Program-made: the position numbers and the translations under genes
Shown here: positions 27,360-38,690 of the stretch, piece by piece
How positions within the stretch are numbered: the stretch's first letter is position 1
Layout: each line of letters starts with the position of its first letter
Source of the DNA: Bacillales bacterium UBA6449
GTDB taxonomy: Bacteria; Bacillota_I; Bacilli_A; RFN20; CAG-288
Direction: 5' to 3'
Assembly (NCBI GenBank): GCA_002437105.1
Contig: DJOB01000005.1
Location: forward strand, 110,099-174,098
Length of the DNA stretch: 64,000 nt
The notes under the pieces: generated by a model
Seen by the model: only the letters and a program-made list of their open reading frames with translations
Database searches by the model: none
What the model was told of the DNA's origin: nothing

Positions 27360-28907
27360 ATGATCAAGGATTACGGCGCTTTGAGTTTCTATGAGATCTA
27401 CCCCGTGAGTTTCAAGGATTCGAACGGCGATGGCGTGGGCGACATCCAGGGCATAATCGAGAAGCTGGACTATGTGAAATCGCTCGGCTTCTCTGGCATC
27501 TGGGTCAACCCCTTCTACAAGAGCCCCTTCCTCGATGGCGGGTACGATATCGAGGATCCGTTCCACGTCGATCCGCGCTTCGGTACGGACGAGGATGCGC
27601 GGAAGCTGATCGAGGCCTGCCACGCCCGGAATATCGCCATCTTCTTCGATCTGGTTCCCGGACACCTCTCCTGGTCCGCTCCCCAATTCCTTCAGTCGGC
27701 GGCCGCCCAGAGGAACGATCTCTCCGATATGTTCATCTGGAGCGATAACCCCTGGGGCTGGTATGGAAACTGCGCTGGAAATCTCGTGCGCGGTCTCTTC
27801 CCCCGCTATGGGAGCTTCTTCGTCAACTTCTTCGTGCACCAGCCTGCTCTCAACTATGGTTTCAACCGGGTCGAATATCCCCAGTGGCAGATCTCCTATC
27901 GCGATGAGAGGGTGGTGAGGACCCGCAAGTTCCTCATCTCCATCATGGAGCGGTGGCTGAAGCTGGGCGTCGATGGCTTCCGGGTCGATATGGCGGATTC
28001 GCTCGTGAAGAACGATGAGGAGAAGGAGGCCACCATCTGGCTCTGGCAGCAGATCATCGCCGAGGTGCAGAAGGAGTGCGGCAAGTTCTACATGGTCAGC
28101 GAGTGGTCTACTCCCCGCCGGTCGCTCAAGGCGGGGTTCAGCTCTGACTTCGTGCTGGATCACGACGATAACTTCTCCCACGGTTTCTTCCGCATCGGGA
28201 CGCTGGATCGTCCCGACGAGGCCGGCAAGAAGCCTCTGCTCGATTCTTTCGACGAGGAGCTCTGGCAGAAGAACGTCGCGGAGATGGTCGCTGAGATCCG
28301 CGATGCCGAGAAGGTTCCGGGCGGTTATCTGTCCCCCATCTCCGGCAACCACGATACGTACAGGATCGCGGATCGCCTGAAGGGGAATAAGCTCAAGCTC
28401 GCCTATCTGATGCTCTTCACCATTCCCGGCGTCCCGTTCGTCTTCGCCGGCGATGAGTGCGAGCAGACTACCGTGCGAGGTTATCCCTCCAAGGATGGAG
28501 GCTACCAGCGCACGGGAGCGAGACTGTCCATGAAGTGGGATGAATCGACGCCCAGCTTCGGCTTCTCGACTCGCGCCAGCGCTGATTGCTACCTGCCCAC
28601 CTGTCCGGAGACGCGGACGGTCGAGCGCTGCGAGAGGGATCCTGCGAGCCTGTTGAACTTCATACGCCAGCTGAACGCGGTTCGTTCCTCCGATCCCGAT
28701 CTCACCGCGCACGAGGGCTTTGAGCTCCTCTCTGCGCCCCTGTCCTTCCGCCGCGGTAAGACGGTCGTGCTCATCAATCTCAAGGATGAGGAGGCGAGCC
28801 TGCCGGTCGGCTCAGGCCGGGTGCTCCTTCAGGTGGGTGAGGCGGAATTCACCGGGAATACGATCCGCTGCGGCGGCCATTCGGGAATCGTATTCCAGGA
28901 AGACTGA
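27360..28907 (+). CDS. GH13 alpha-glucosidase/oligo-1,6-glucosidase-like enzyme
   Basis: GH13 motifs include 'FYEIYPVSFKDSNGDGVGDIQGIIEKLDYVKSLGFSGIWVNP', 'DLVPGH', 'GFRVDMA' and 'NHDT'. I place the start at ATG 27360 after GGAGGA; the track start is 27303. Confidence 0.85.
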   Translation: MIKDYGALSFYEIYPVSFKDSNGDGVGDIQGIIEKLDYVKSLGFSGIWVNPFYKSPFLDGGYDIEDPFHVDPRFGTDEDARKLIEACHARNIAIFFDLVPGHLSWSAPQFLQSAAAQRNDLSDMFIWSDNPWGWYGNCAGNLVRGLFPRYGSFFVNFFVHQPALNYGFNRVEYPQWQISYRDERVVRTRKFLISIMERWLKLGVDGFRVDMADSLVKNDEEKEATIWLWQQIIAEVQKECGKFYMVSEWSTPRRSLKAGFSSDFVLDHDDNFSHGFFRIGTLDRPDEAGKKPLLDSFDEELWQKNVAEMVAEIRDAEKVPGGYLSPISGNHDTYRIADRLKGNKLKLAYLMLFTIPGVPFVFAGDECEQTTVRGYPSKDGGYQRTGARLSMKWDESTPSFGFSTRASADCYLPTCPETRTVERCERDPASLLNFIRQLNAVRSSDPDLTAHEGFELLSAPLSFRRGKTVVLINLKDEEASLPVGSGRVLLQVGEAEFTGNTIRCGGHSGIVFQED

Positions 28908-28920
28908 TAGTGATGCATTC

Positions 28921-28949
28921 GAACTGGGGAGCTCTCCCCAGTTCTTTTT
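28921..28949 (+). terminator. Rho-independent terminator
   Basis: The palindrome gaactggggagctctccccagttc (28921-28944) is followed by TTTTT. Confidence 0.85.
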
Positions 28950-29009
28950 CATCTGGCCGTGGCGTACTGATATATAGAAGTAGAATATAAGGGCATGGAG
29001 GTATAGGAA

Positions 29010-30141
<1,132 letters not shown>

Positions 30142-30164
<23 letters not shown>

Positions 30165-31200
30165 GCTTCGTTGCGTCTGCCGGTTTAGGGGCTTAACTAC
30201 TCTAGCCATAGCCGATAAGTTGGGAATTACGGAGAATCAGCTTTTCTCATATCTAGTTGATGGTCAAGTACCTTCGGATAATCTCGATTTTAGGATCTCT
30301 GCCATCCTGGGTATTCCCAGTGGTTCCCTGAAATCCGAGGAGGGGGAGAAGCTGGTTCTAGCTCGATCCTCCGCTCCCTCGGGGACAGCTTTGGCTCTGC
30401 GCGCGCTGCTCTCGATCGCTGGTTTTGGTGTGCTCTTTCCCCTTCTGCTTCTCGGAGTGTCCGCCATCGTCATCTTCTTTGGACTCTTCTTCAGCGGCTC
30501 TAAGGAACTATCCTTCCTCTTCCTTGTTATAGGTACGGCGATCATCCTCAGCACCTTCGGCTATTTCGGTTATCGCTTCGGCTTTTTCAACTCGGTTCGG
30601 CGGGGCAGGGTGGATGCGGAGTTTATGCTCGGGGGCATCGTCTTGACCGGCCAGGGATCTGTGCAGACCATCAGCTATAAGACGCTCGCGGGTAGTCTGG
30701 AGGAGACCGACACCTGTTTCGTAGTCTGCCCGGATGGTGGTTCTGCCCTCTTTCTTCCGAAGGCTGGTCTCGCCTCGGTGGAGGTCGGTGCGGTGCGTGA
30801 GCAGATTCTCGCTGCGGAGTCGGGTGGCGCTTCTATGGTCTATTCCTGCTGTTCCTTCCCCGCGCGAAGAACGTTTATCGAAGAGTCGGATCTTCTAGCG
30901 GCTACGCGGTTGTTCGGTCACCACATAGTCAAGACGATGTGGGGTACGCAGGTCGGGTGGCTCTTTTTGGGGCTGGCTCTGTCGCTGGGGCTTTGCCTTC
31001 CCCTGTCCGCTCCGCTCTATCTGATCGGTGTTCCTCTGCTCGTTGCGGGGCTGCTCGGTGGATTGTTTTTCGCCTTCGATCTGTTGAGATTCGGAAAAAA
31101 GTCTAGCTACTGTCTCAAGTTAGGGGCGAAAGCTAGCATCTCGCTCGCGGCGGCGCAGGCGATAGCGGGTCTAGTGCTGCTCATCGTTGGGCTCATCTGA
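30142..31200 (+). CDS. Membrane-anchored protein with an N-terminal XRE-like helix-turn-helix
   Basis: 'LTTLAIADKLGITENQLFSYL' looks like an HTH. Two TM pairs flank a soluble segment. I start it at ATG 30142. The longer track ORF (29992) would overlap the upstream gene by 170 nt with an Arg-rich out-of-frame read-through. Confidence 0.6.
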
Positions 31201-31217
31201 GCTTGGAGGTTAATCAC

Positions 31218-32192
31218 ATGAATTATCAGGATGTTCGAATCGTTTTTCTCGGGACGCCCCAGATCGCGGCGGAAGGTCTCACTCACCTCTTGGATCGCGG
31301 TTTCAAGGTGGTGGGCGTGGTCAGTCAGCCTGATGCCTGCCAGGGAAGGGGACGCACGCTGGTGCCTTCTCCGGTCTCGCAGGTGGCGCTGGCTAGAAAT
31401 ATCCCCCTTCATCGGCCGATAAAACTGAATAGGGATTTCTCCTTCGTCGAGAATCTGCATCCGGATCTCCTCTTGACCTACGCCTTTGGTCAGATCCTCT
31501 CCAGCAAGGTGCTCGCTCTATCCAAGAGTTATGCTCCCCTGAATATTCACGCCTCTGATCTTCCCGATCTGCGCGGGGCCTCCCCTATGCAGACCGCTCT
31601 GCTGCGGGGCGATACGCACACGGCCGTCTGCCTCATGGAGATGGTGAAGGCGATGGATGCGGGGCGGGTCTTCGCCCGGGTCGGCATCGATATTGCGCCG
31701 AGCATGAACTTTACCGCCCTGGCTGCCGCGGTGTCCCACGCGGCTGATCAGCTGATCGATCAGTATCTTCCCCAGTATCTTGCCGGTACCCTTAAGGGCG
31801 AGCCGCAGGATGAGACCAAGGTGACCATCTGTCACATGTTTAGCAAGTCGGATGAATATCTCGATCCGGCGCTCACCCCGGCTCAGTTCGTCAATCGCGT
31901 TCGCGCTTTCTCGTTGAAACCCGGCGCTTTCTTCGTGTTGGAGGATGGCACCCAGATCAAGGTCTATCAGGCCCAGGTTTCCAATTTGGCGGGTGAAGAA
32001 GGTAGAATAATATGCGCTGATCACGGGAGACTTACGGTAGCCGTCAAGGGTGGATCGGTCGATCTGCTCAATGTGCAGAAGCAGGGGAAGAAGGCGATGT
32101 CCATCAAGGATTTCCTCAATGGTAATCGTCACCTTCAGAACCTGAGGGTGAAGGCGGTCGCGGAGGTTTTCCCTCCTGAGGAGGATAGATAA
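31218..32192 (+). CDS. fmt: Methionyl-tRNA formyltransferase
   Basis: Fmt motifs 'IVFLGTPQIAA..L..L......VVGVVSQPD' and 'LNIHASDLPDLRGASP' are present. ATG 31218 lies 8 nt after GGAGG. Confidence 0.9.
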   Translation: MNYQDVRIVFLGTPQIAAEGLTHLLDRGFKVVGVVSQPDACQGRGRTLVPSPVSQVALARNIPLHRPIKLNRDFSFVENLHPDLLLTYAFGQILSSKVLALSKSYAPLNIHASDLPDLRGASPMQTALLRGDTHTAVCLMEMVKAMDAGRVFARVGIDIAPSMNFTALAAAVSHAADQLIDQYLPQYLAGTLKGEPQDETKVTICHMFSKSDEYLDPALTPAQFVNRVRAFSLKPGAFFVLEDGTQIKVYQAQVSNLAGEEGRIICADHGRLTVAVKGGSVDLLNVQKQGKKAMSIKDFLNGNRHLQNLRVKAVAEVFPPEEDR

Positions 32193-32719
32193 TGGTCGAG
32201 ATAAAGATAAAGGGATTCGGATCCATCGTGCTGAAGCTCGATTGGAAGTCGGCACCTAATACCTGTGCGAACTTTGTCGAGTTGGCTAGGAAGGGCTTCT
32301 ATGATGGTCTGACCTTCCATAGGATCATCAAGAACTTCATGATCCAGGGCGGTGATCCTCTCGGAAAGGGATTCGGTGGTCCCGGCTATGCGATCAAGGG
32401 CGAGTTTGCGGCTAACGGGTTTGGTAATCCCCTCCACCATGGTCGTGGGGCGATCTCGATGGCTAGGTCGGCTGATCCCGATTCCGCCGGTTCTCAGTTC
32501 TTCATCTGCGACCGGGACGATGGTTTCCTCGATGGACAGTATGCCGCCTTCGGCAGCATCGATCCGACCGATAAGGATAGCTTCAAGACCCTGGATGCGG
32601 TGGCGAGCGTGCCTACCGATGCTAATGACGCTCCGCTCAATAAAGTGGTTATCGAGCGCGTCACTGTCTCGCCGGACGAGCCTGTTAAGGAAGCGGTCAA
32701 GATCAAGGATCGCTTCTAG
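32192..32719 (+). CDS. ppiB: Cyclophilin-type peptidyl-prolyl cis-trans isomerase
   Basis: It carries 'FHRIIKNFMIQGGDP' and 'GAISMARS..PDSAGSQFFI'. The ATG overlaps the fmt stop. Confidence 0.92.
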   Translation: MVEIKIKGFGSIVLKLDWKSAPNTCANFVELARKGFYDGLTFHRIIKNFMIQGGDPLGKGFGGPGYAIKGEFAANGFGNPLHHGRGAISMARSADPDSAGSQFFICDRDDGFLDGQYAAFGSIDPTDKDSFKTLDAVASVPTDANDAPLNKVVIERVTVSPDEPVKEAVKIKDRF

Positions 32720-32724
32720 TCAGG

Positions 32725-33753
32725 ATGGTTTTCGTCTTCAGCTCTGATGATCCTGGCTTTGCGGAATACCAGGCGCGCCAGGCTATTCTGAAGGATCACC
32801 CTGGACTCGATCTATCCATCTCCTTCTCGCGGTTCGATGGCAGCCAGGATTCTCTTTCCGCGATTCTGAATTCGCTCGAATCCATGAGCTTCTTTGGTGG
32901 TACGCGCGTGGTCCTGGTCGTAAATCCTCTCTTTTTAGCTGACGATAAGACCCGGAAGACGGGAGTGCGCAAGAGCGCCAAGAAAAAGGCGGGGCAGAAA
33001 GACCCCGATAATGGCCTGACGCGGGAGCAGAAGATGTTTATCCAGTATCTGTCCTCCGCGGATTCTTTTAGCGATCTATATATCTGTACCGATCAAAAGA
33101 TCGGTTCCGGTCCGCTCGCTCAGGCTTTAAAAAGCTCGGCACAGTTCAAGGAGTATCTGCTCCCTCAGGGCGAGGAAGCTACCCTTCTCGCGATGCAGCT
33201 GGTCTCGGCCGCTGGCTCGACTATCGAGAGGGAGGCCGCTACCGAGGTGGTTGCGCGGGCGGGCGACTCCTGGTGGAATCTGAAGAACAGCATCGATAAG
33301 CTCTCGCTCTATTCCGATCGTATCAAACTGGCGGATGTCGAAGCCTTGATCCCGCGCAAACCTGAGGACCGGATCTATACCATCACGGGTTTTCTCTTGA
33401 CCGGACGCGGCCTTGAAGCGGTCAAGAGCTACCGGGATCTTCGCAGGAATCGCGATCCCTTAAGTATCCTTCCCTTCCTCTTCTCGGAATTCCGTTTGGA
33501 TGCGATGACCCTCTACCTGAATGGGCGTCGGCTGGATTATGCGGCGATCGCTTCCGAGCTGAAGATCAATTCCTACCGGGCGAAGATGATCCTCAGAAAT
33601 ATCCGGGGGCGCTTGACCTATGCTAGGTGCATCAGGATCTTGGCCGACCTCGGACGCATGGAGAGGAATATCAAGTTCAATCTGGATGACGCCGATATCC
33701 AGATAGAGAGTTTTCTTCTGAATTTCCCCCGGAGATATCTAGGTCGGATATAG
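32725..33753 (+). CDS. holA: DNA polymerase III delta subunit (HolA)-like
   Basis: The 342-aa length fits. The pattern 'NLKNSIDKLSLYSD.IKLADVEALI' is typical of delta subunits. Overall similarity was judged by eye only. Confidence 0.55.
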   Translation: MVFVFSSDDPGFAEYQARQAILKDHPGLDLSISFSRFDGSQDSLSAILNSLESMSFFGGTRVVLVVNPLFLADDKTRKTGVRKSAKKKAGQKDPDNGLTREQKMFIQYLSSADSFSDLYICTDQKIGSGPLAQALKSSAQFKEYLLPQGEEATLLAMQLVSAAGSTIEREAATEVVARAGDSWWNLKNSIDKLSLYSDRIKLADVEALIPRKPEDRIYTITGFLLTGRGLEAVKSYRDLRRNRDPLSILPFLFSEFRLDAMTLYLNGRRLDYAAIASELKINSYRAKMILRNIRGRLTYARCIRILADLGRMERNIKFNLDDADIQIESFLLNFPRRYLGRI

Positions 33754-33861
33754 TGGCTTTAAGCGTTTACTAGCGGTATATTTTTATATTTCCATTTTAT
33801 CCTCAAGTTAGGGCTTTTCTTTTATGTGTGCTAAACTTTGGAGCTGAGGAGCACCCGCTAT

Positions 33862-34719
33862 ATGGTCAAGAAGCCGATTATTGCCCTGATGTATGATTTT
33901 GACAATACCCTCTCTCCAGGTGCCATGCAGACCTATGATTTCATGAAGCTGATCCACACGACGCCCGATGTCTTCTGGGGTGAGACCAACGAGTTGGATG
34001 TGCGAGAGAAGATGGATCCCAATCTGTCCTATATGTATCTCATGCTGGTCAAGGCGCGCGAGTGTGGCTTCCATCCGACCCGGGAGTGGTTTGAAAAGCT
34101 CGGGGCGTCCGTCGAGCTCTATCCTGGATTGACTAAGTGGTTCGAGCGCATCAATGCTTATGGTGAATCGAAGGGGGCTATCATCGAGCATTACGTCATC
34201 TCGTCCGGCCTGCGCGAGATGATCAATGGCACGCACATAAATAAGTATTTCAAGCGGGTCTATGCCTGCGAGTATCTCTATGGGCCCGATGGCGAAGCCA
34301 TCTGGCCGAAATCGGTCGTCAACTATACGACTAAGACGCAGTTCCTCTTCCGTATCTCCAAGGGTGCTTTTGAGCTGGCGGATGATGAGGTGGTCAACAA
34401 GCATATGCCCGAGACGATGAAGCACTGCCCTTTTAGAAATATGATTTACATCGGCGATGGCTCCACGGATATTCCTTGCATGCAGCTGGTGCGGGACCGT
34501 GGTGGTGAATCGATAGCCGTGTATCCCGATGCGAAGAATAAGACGATCGCTCAGGGTCTTCTCAAGGATAATCGGGTCTCTTTTATGGAGAGAGCGGACT
34601 ATTCGGCTAATTCCTCCTTGGATAAGACGGTCAAAGCGATCATCGACAAGATGGTGACCAATGATCTTCTAGCGCAGAAGAGGTACAACCAGACTAATTC
34701 GCTTCCCGATGAGGACTGA
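33862..34719 (+). CDS. HAD-superfamily hydrolase
   Basis: Motif I is 'YDFDNTL' and motif IV is 'IYIGDGSTDIPCM'. I place the start at ATG 33862; the track start is 33838. Confidence 0.75.
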   Translation: MVKKPIIALMYDFDNTLSPGAMQTYDFMKLIHTTPDVFWGETNELDVREKMDPNLSYMYLMLVKARECGFHPTREWFEKLGASVELYPGLTKWFERINAYGESKGAIIEHYVISSGLREMINGTHINKYFKRVYACEYLYGPDGEAIWPKSVVNYTTKTQFLFRISKGAFELADDEVVNKHMPETMKHCPFRNMIYIGDGSTDIPCMQLVRDRGGESIAVYPDAKNKTIAQGLLKDNRVSFMERADYSANSSLDKTVKAIIDKMVTNDLLAQKRYNQTNSLPDED

Positions 34720-34785
34720 TCGTTCCGTTTGCGTTCTTCGGTTTCTTATCAGCTTATTCAGAGATAAAAGCTAGATTTTTGTTTC

Positions 34786-34818
34786 GGTGGTCATCTGCTT
34801 TGGATGACCACCTTTTTT
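34786..34818 (+). terminator. Rho-independent terminator of the HAD gene
   Basis: Stem ggtggtcatc (34786-34795) pairs with gatgaccacc (34803-34812), then TTTTTT. Confidence 0.85.
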
Positions 34819-34907
34819 AATAATGAATCCCGTTGGATTATATTTCTCGATCGGAATATTCAAATGGTTCTTCTGAAAATAGGTAAAGAGCGGTCATTGG
34901 CGAGACA

Positions 34908-34942
34908 CAAAAAAACCAACACCATCGGTGTTGGTCTTTTTT
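34908..34942 (-). terminator. Terminator downstream of tRNA-His (hairpin with runs on both sides)
   Basis: Stem accaacacc (34915-34923) pairs with ggtgttggt (34927-34935). AAAAAAA lies on the left and TTTTTT on the right. Confidence 0.75.
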
Positions 34943-34947
34943 CACAA

Positions 34948-35025
34948 TGGGGCGGATAGCGGGGTTCGAACCCGTGCATGCCGGATTCACAGTCCGGAGT
35001 GTTAAACCGCTTCACCATATCCGCC
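34948..35025 (-). tRNA. tRNA-His (anticodon GUG) with encoded G-1 and CCA
   Basis: The reverse complement reads G-GCGGATA-TG-GTGAAGCGGTTTAACAC-...CTGTGAA loop (GTG)...GGGTTCGAACCCC...TATCCGC-C-CCA. The extra 5' G opposite C73 is the His identity feature. Confidence 0.88.
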
Positions 35026-35074
35026 ATGAATGCTGCCTCTTCGCCCGACGGCAGCAAGGAACGGGAGACAACCT

Positions 35075-35686
35075 TTAGTCGATCGACTTACGGTTGTAGA
35101 ACTCGACGATCTGGGCCTCGTCGATATCGCTGGAGAGCTCAGCTCTCTCGGGGAGACGAGTCAGCGAACCCTCGAGTTTGTTCTTGTCGAGAGTGACATA
35201 CTTGACAGGGATGATCTTCTCCTGAGCATCCTTGACCAGCTTCAGAGTCTTGCTCTTCTCCTTGAGGGAGATGACTTCACCGATCTCGACCAGGTAGGAG
35301 GGAATATCGACCTTCTTACCATTGACGGTGACGTGTCCGTGGCTGACCAGCTGTCTCGCCTGACGGCGGGTCGAAGCAAAGCCGAGCCTGAACACGATAT
35401 TGTCGAGCCTGCGCTCGCAGACCTGCATGAAGGCCAGACCAGTCAGCTCACGAGCCTTCTTCGCGATTCCGAAGTAACGGCGGAACTGCCGCTCAGAGAC
35501 TCCGTAGGTATAGCGCAGCTTCTGTTTCTCGAGTAGCTGCCTTCCGTATTCGGAGACCTTTCCCTTACGGTCATTTCCGTGTTGACCGGGGCCATAGGGA
35601 CGCTTAGCTAGCTCTTCCCCAGTTCCGAGGATCGAGTAGCCGAGATGTCTGGATTTCTTCCAGACAGGACCAAGATAACGAGACAT
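35075..35686 (-). CDS. rpsD: 30S ribosomal protein S4
   Basis: The product begins '[16 protein letters not shown]' and carries '[33 protein letters not shown]'. The start is ATG 35686; the track's longer ORF adds 13 non-conserved residues. Confidence 0.95.
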   Translation of the reverse strand: MSRYLGPVWKKSRHLGYSILGTGEELAKRPYGPGQHGNDRKGKVSEYGRQLLEKQKLRYTYGVSERQFRRYFGIAKKARELTGLAFMQVCERRLDNIVFRLGFASTRRQARQLVSHGHVTVNGKKVDIPSYLVEIGEVISLKEKSKTLKLVKDAQEKIIPVKYVTLDKNKLEGSLTRLPERAELSSDIDEAQIVEFYNRKSID

Positions 35687-35933
35687 TTTTTGATTGAATA
35701 TCCTTTCCCCGTTAGGACAGGACACACCTCCTCAACCCCGGATGATGATCCTTCACTCGCTTTGGCTGCAAGTTACTTTTATGGTTCATCGTCGGCCGGG
35801 TTAATAGGTGTACGCCAAACGGGCTTGAAGATAATATCTCATCTTTCTTTCTAGTGCAATAGGCAGTTGATTCTTTTACGTTGGATATAGAAACTGGTAT
35901 TGGAGATATATCTATTATAGAAAAAGCCAATAC

Positions 35934-35961
35934 AAAAAAGCGGCATGTTTTCACATGCCGC
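35934..35961 (-). terminator. Rho-independent terminator of clpB
   Basis: Stem gcggcatg (35940-35947) pairs with catgccgc (35954-35961). On the minus strand it is followed by TTTTTT. Confidence 0.85.
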
Positions 35962-35977
35962 GCGAATCTAGCGACTA

Positions 35978-38554
35978 TCAGTTGCCGCTGATGACGATCT
36001 CTCCTGCGTCGTTCGTATCGATCACCGCTTTCTTGGTCACGATATTCTCGACTATCTTCGCGGCCAGGGGAGTCTCGACGTGATCCTGGATGAAACGGCG
36101 GATGGGACGGGCACCATAGGCCGGGTCGTAAGCCAGCTTGTGAATCAGCTTGACGGCTGCGTCCGTGTAGGTGATTTCGATGGGGCCGTTCTCGCGGTTT
36201 AACATCCGATCCTTGAGCTGATCCAGGAACTTGATGACGATCTTATCGATGACGGAATCGGTGAGGGGATTGAAGTAGAGGATATCGTCGATCCGGTTGA
36301 GGAATTCGGGTTTGAAGGTGGCTTTTAGAAGCTTCTGGACATTCTCTACATTCTCCTTATCGACACCTTTGAGCAGATATTCGCTGCCCAGATTGGAGGT
36401 CATGATGATGATCGTATTGCGGAAATCCACCGTGCGACCCTTGCCATCGGTCAGACGGCCGTCGTCGAGGATCTGCAGCAGGATATTGAAGACATCGGGG
36501 TGGGCCTTCTCGATCTCATCGAGCAGCACGACGGAATAGGGTTTCCGGCGGACCGCCTCAGTCAGCTGACCACCCTCTTCATATCCCACATATCCGGGAG
36601 CAGCACCGATCAGACGGGAGACCGAGTATTTTTCCATATACTCGGACATATCGATCCTGACCATCTGGCTCTCGTCATCGAAGAGGTTGGCCGCCAGCGC
36701 CTTAGCTACCTCGGTCTTACCGACACCGGTAGGTCCCAAGAACAGGAAGCTACCGATGGGTCGAGAGGGATCCTGAATTCCCGCTCGCGAGCGAAGTATG
36801 CAGTCGTAGACGCGCTCGATAGCCTGGTCCTGACCGATGACCCGCTTCTCGAGAGCCGCCTTCAGACCCAGAACTCGTTGGGATTCAGACTGAGTCATCC
36901 TATCCACGGGAATACCGGTAGCCTGCGAGACGACCTGAGCGATGTTGTTCGAGGTTACCACCTCGGACAGAAGTCCATCGCTCGCCTTGTTCTTAGCAGT
37001 CTCGATCTCCTTCTTCAGTCCGGGGATGACGCTGTATTGCAGTTTAGCCGCCTGCTCGTAGTCCGCATCGGCCTTCGCCTTCTCCAGATCCAGATCAGCT
37101 TTATCCAGGCTCTCCTGCAGCTGTTTAGCTTTGGCGAGCACCGCCTTCTGATTCTGCCACTGTAGAGTCAGCTGATCTCTCTTCTCCTTGAGCTCAGCCT
37201 CCTCCTTATTCATCTCTTGGACTCTCTTCTTGGCGGAGTCGGAAGTATCGTTCTTCAGAGAGACGCGCTCGATCTGAAGCTGCATGATCTTCCGATTGCA
37301 CTCATCCAGAGGTTCAGGAACCGAATCGATCTGCATCCTCGTGCGGGCGCAAGCCTCATCGACGAGGTCGATAGCCTTATCGGGCAGGAACCGGTCGGTG
37401 ATGTATCTCTTGGAGAGCATGACGGCTGAGATCAGCGCATCATCGGTAATCTGTACTCCGTGGTGAGCCTCATAGCGGGACTTCAAGCCACGCAGAATCG
37501 CGATGGAATCTTCGACCGTAGGCTCATCGACGATGACCTGCTGCATCCTGCGAGCGAAGGCGGGATCCTTTTCGATGTACTTGCGATACTCGTTTATCGT
37601 AGTGGCACCGATGCAGTGCAGTTCACCGCGGGCGAGAGCGGGTTTGAGGATGTTAGCCGCATCCAGCGAACCTTCGCCACCTTCACCGGCACCGATCAGC
37701 GTGTGGATCTCATCGATGAACAGGATGATACGCCCGTCGGATTTAGCGACCTCCTTCATGACCGCCTTCAACCTATCCTCGAATTCACCGCGATACTTAG
37801 CACCAGCGATCAGCGAACCGACATCCAATTCCCAGACGGTCTTGTCCTTCAGGGAGACGGGCACATCGCCTTTGAAGATTCGCCAAGCTAGTCCTTCAAC
37901 CACCGCGGTCTTTCCGACGCCAGGATCACCGATCAGTATGGGGTTGTTCTTGCTCTTGCGAGAGAGGATGGTCATGACGCGACGGATCTCCTCATCGCGA
38001 CCGATGATGGGATCGATCTTGCCGGCGGCGACCTCGCTCACTAGATCTCTTCCGTATTTGCTGAGTGCTTCATAGGTATCCTCGGGACGATCGGAAGTGA
38101 CTCTAGAGGAGCCGCGAATCTCCCGGATCGCTCTCTCGAAGGACTTAGCGTCGTAGTTGGGAATCCTCGCGAGCTGTTCGACAATCGAGGATCTGATGGA
38201 GAACTGAGCCAGCAGCAAGTGTTCGACGGACATATATTCATCGCCCCACTGCTTCTCGATGTCGCTAGCCTTGCTCAGCAGACCCTGGATATCGCTCGAG
38301 AAATCGACATCAGCCGTATTACCGGAAACCTTATTTATGGAGTTGAGGAAGGAATCGATAATCTGACTGACCATCTTAGGATCGATCGAGAGTTTCTCTA
38401 GAATCCTCTGGTAGAAGGAATCGCTCTGATCGAATAGAGCTCTTAAAAGGTGGGCTACTCCTACTTCAGGATGACTCTTGCTCTTCGCGAGAGACTTAGC
38501 GATGGTGAGAGCTTCTATCGTTTTTTGGGTATATTTCTGTTCGGTATCAGCCAT
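35978..38554 (-). CDS. clpB: AAA+ disaggregase ClpB
   Basis: Two Walker A boxes ('GDPGVGKTA', 'GPTGVGKTE') flank a long middle coiled coil. 'DEIH' and 'LLDEIEKAH' are also present. The start is ATG 38554 after GGAGG. Confidence 0.96.
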   Translation of the reverse strand: MADTEQKYTQKTIEALTIAKSLAKSKSHPEVGVAHLLRALFDQSDSFYQRILEKLSIDPKMVSQIIDSFLNSINKVSGNTADVDFSSDIQGLLSKASDIEKQWGDEYMSVEHLLLAQFSIRSSIVEQLARIPNYDAKSFERAIREIRGSSRVTSDRPEDTYEALSKYGRDLVSEVAAGKIDPIIGRDEEIRRVMTILSRKSKNNPILIGDPGVGKTAVVEGLAWRIFKGDVPVSLKDKTVWELDVGSLIAGAKYRGEFEDRLKAVMKEVAKSDGRIILFIDEIHTLIGAGEGGEGSLDAANILKPALARGELHCIGATTINEYRKYIEKDPAFARRMQQVIVDEPTVEDSIAILRGLKSRYEAHHGVQITDDALISAVMLSKRYITDRFLPDKAIDLVDEACARTRMQIDSVPEPLDECNRKIMQLQIERVSLKNDTSDSAKKRVQEMNKEEAELKEKRDQLTLQWQNQKAVLAKAKQLQESLDKADLDLEKAKADADYEQAAKLQYSVIPGLKKEIETAKNKASDGLLSEVVTSNNIAQVVSQATGIPVDRMTQSESQRVLGLKAALEKRVIGQDQAIERVYDCILRSRAGIQDPSRPIGSFLFLGPTGVGKTEVAKALAANLFDDESQMVRIDMSEYMEKYSVSRLIGAAPGYVGYEEGGQLTEAVRRKPYSVVLLDEIEKAHPDVFNILLQILDDGRLTDGKGRTVDFRNTIIIMTSNLGSEYLLKGVDKENVENVQKLLKATFKPEFLNRIDDILYFNPLTDSVIDKIVIKFLDQLKDRMLNRENGPIEITYTDAAVKLIHKLAYDPAYGARPIRRFIQDHVETPLAAKIVENIVTKKAVIDTNDAGEIVISGN

Positions 38555-38579
38555 ATTTCCGGCCTCCTTGACATACAGC

Positions 38580-38607
38580 ATTGTAGAGGAGCTTTTAGCA
38601 CTGTCAA
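38580..38607 (-). promoter_or_regulatory. SigA-type promoter of clpB (TTGACA-16 nt-TACAAT)
   Basis: The minus strand reads TTGACA (38607-38602), a 16-nt spacer, then TACAAT (38585-38580). The -35 lies inside CIRCE. Confidence 0.7.
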
Positions 38608-38621
38608 GTGGAGAGTGCTAA
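38595..38621. promoter_or_regulatory. CIRCE operator upstream of clpB
   Basis: TTAGCACTG-TCAAGTGGA-GAGTGCTAA differs from the consensus at one position. Confidence 0.9.
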
Positions 38622-38646
38622 AAATCGGCTGGGATTTTTAAAGAAG

Positions 38647-38672
38647 ACAAAAAGTGGGCGTGAAGCCCACTT
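38647..38672 (-). terminator. Rho-independent terminator of tyrS
   Basis: Stem aagtgggc (38652-38659) pairs with gcccactt (38665-38672). On the minus strand it is followed by TTTTTGTCTT. Confidence 0.75.
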
Positions 38673-38690
38673 GAATCGATGTCTCTACTA

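Noticed and set aside
27333-28712. Long antisense ORFs opposite conserved genes: 27333-28712 (459 aa), 62594-63850 (418 aa), 22396-23502, 26022-27080, 8565-9650, 3093-3821, 11197-11853, 33808-34425, 31518-32255, 48352-49008 and 36500-37165.
   Set aside because: Each lies opposite a gene with unmistakable family motifs (GH13, RNase J, HrcA, DnaJ, RumA, DhaK, Hsp20, HAD, Fmt, ATPase, ClpB). Their translations are low-complexity, rich in R/G/D/L/H, and lack RBSs. They are the usual stop-free antisense frames of GC3-biased coding DNA.
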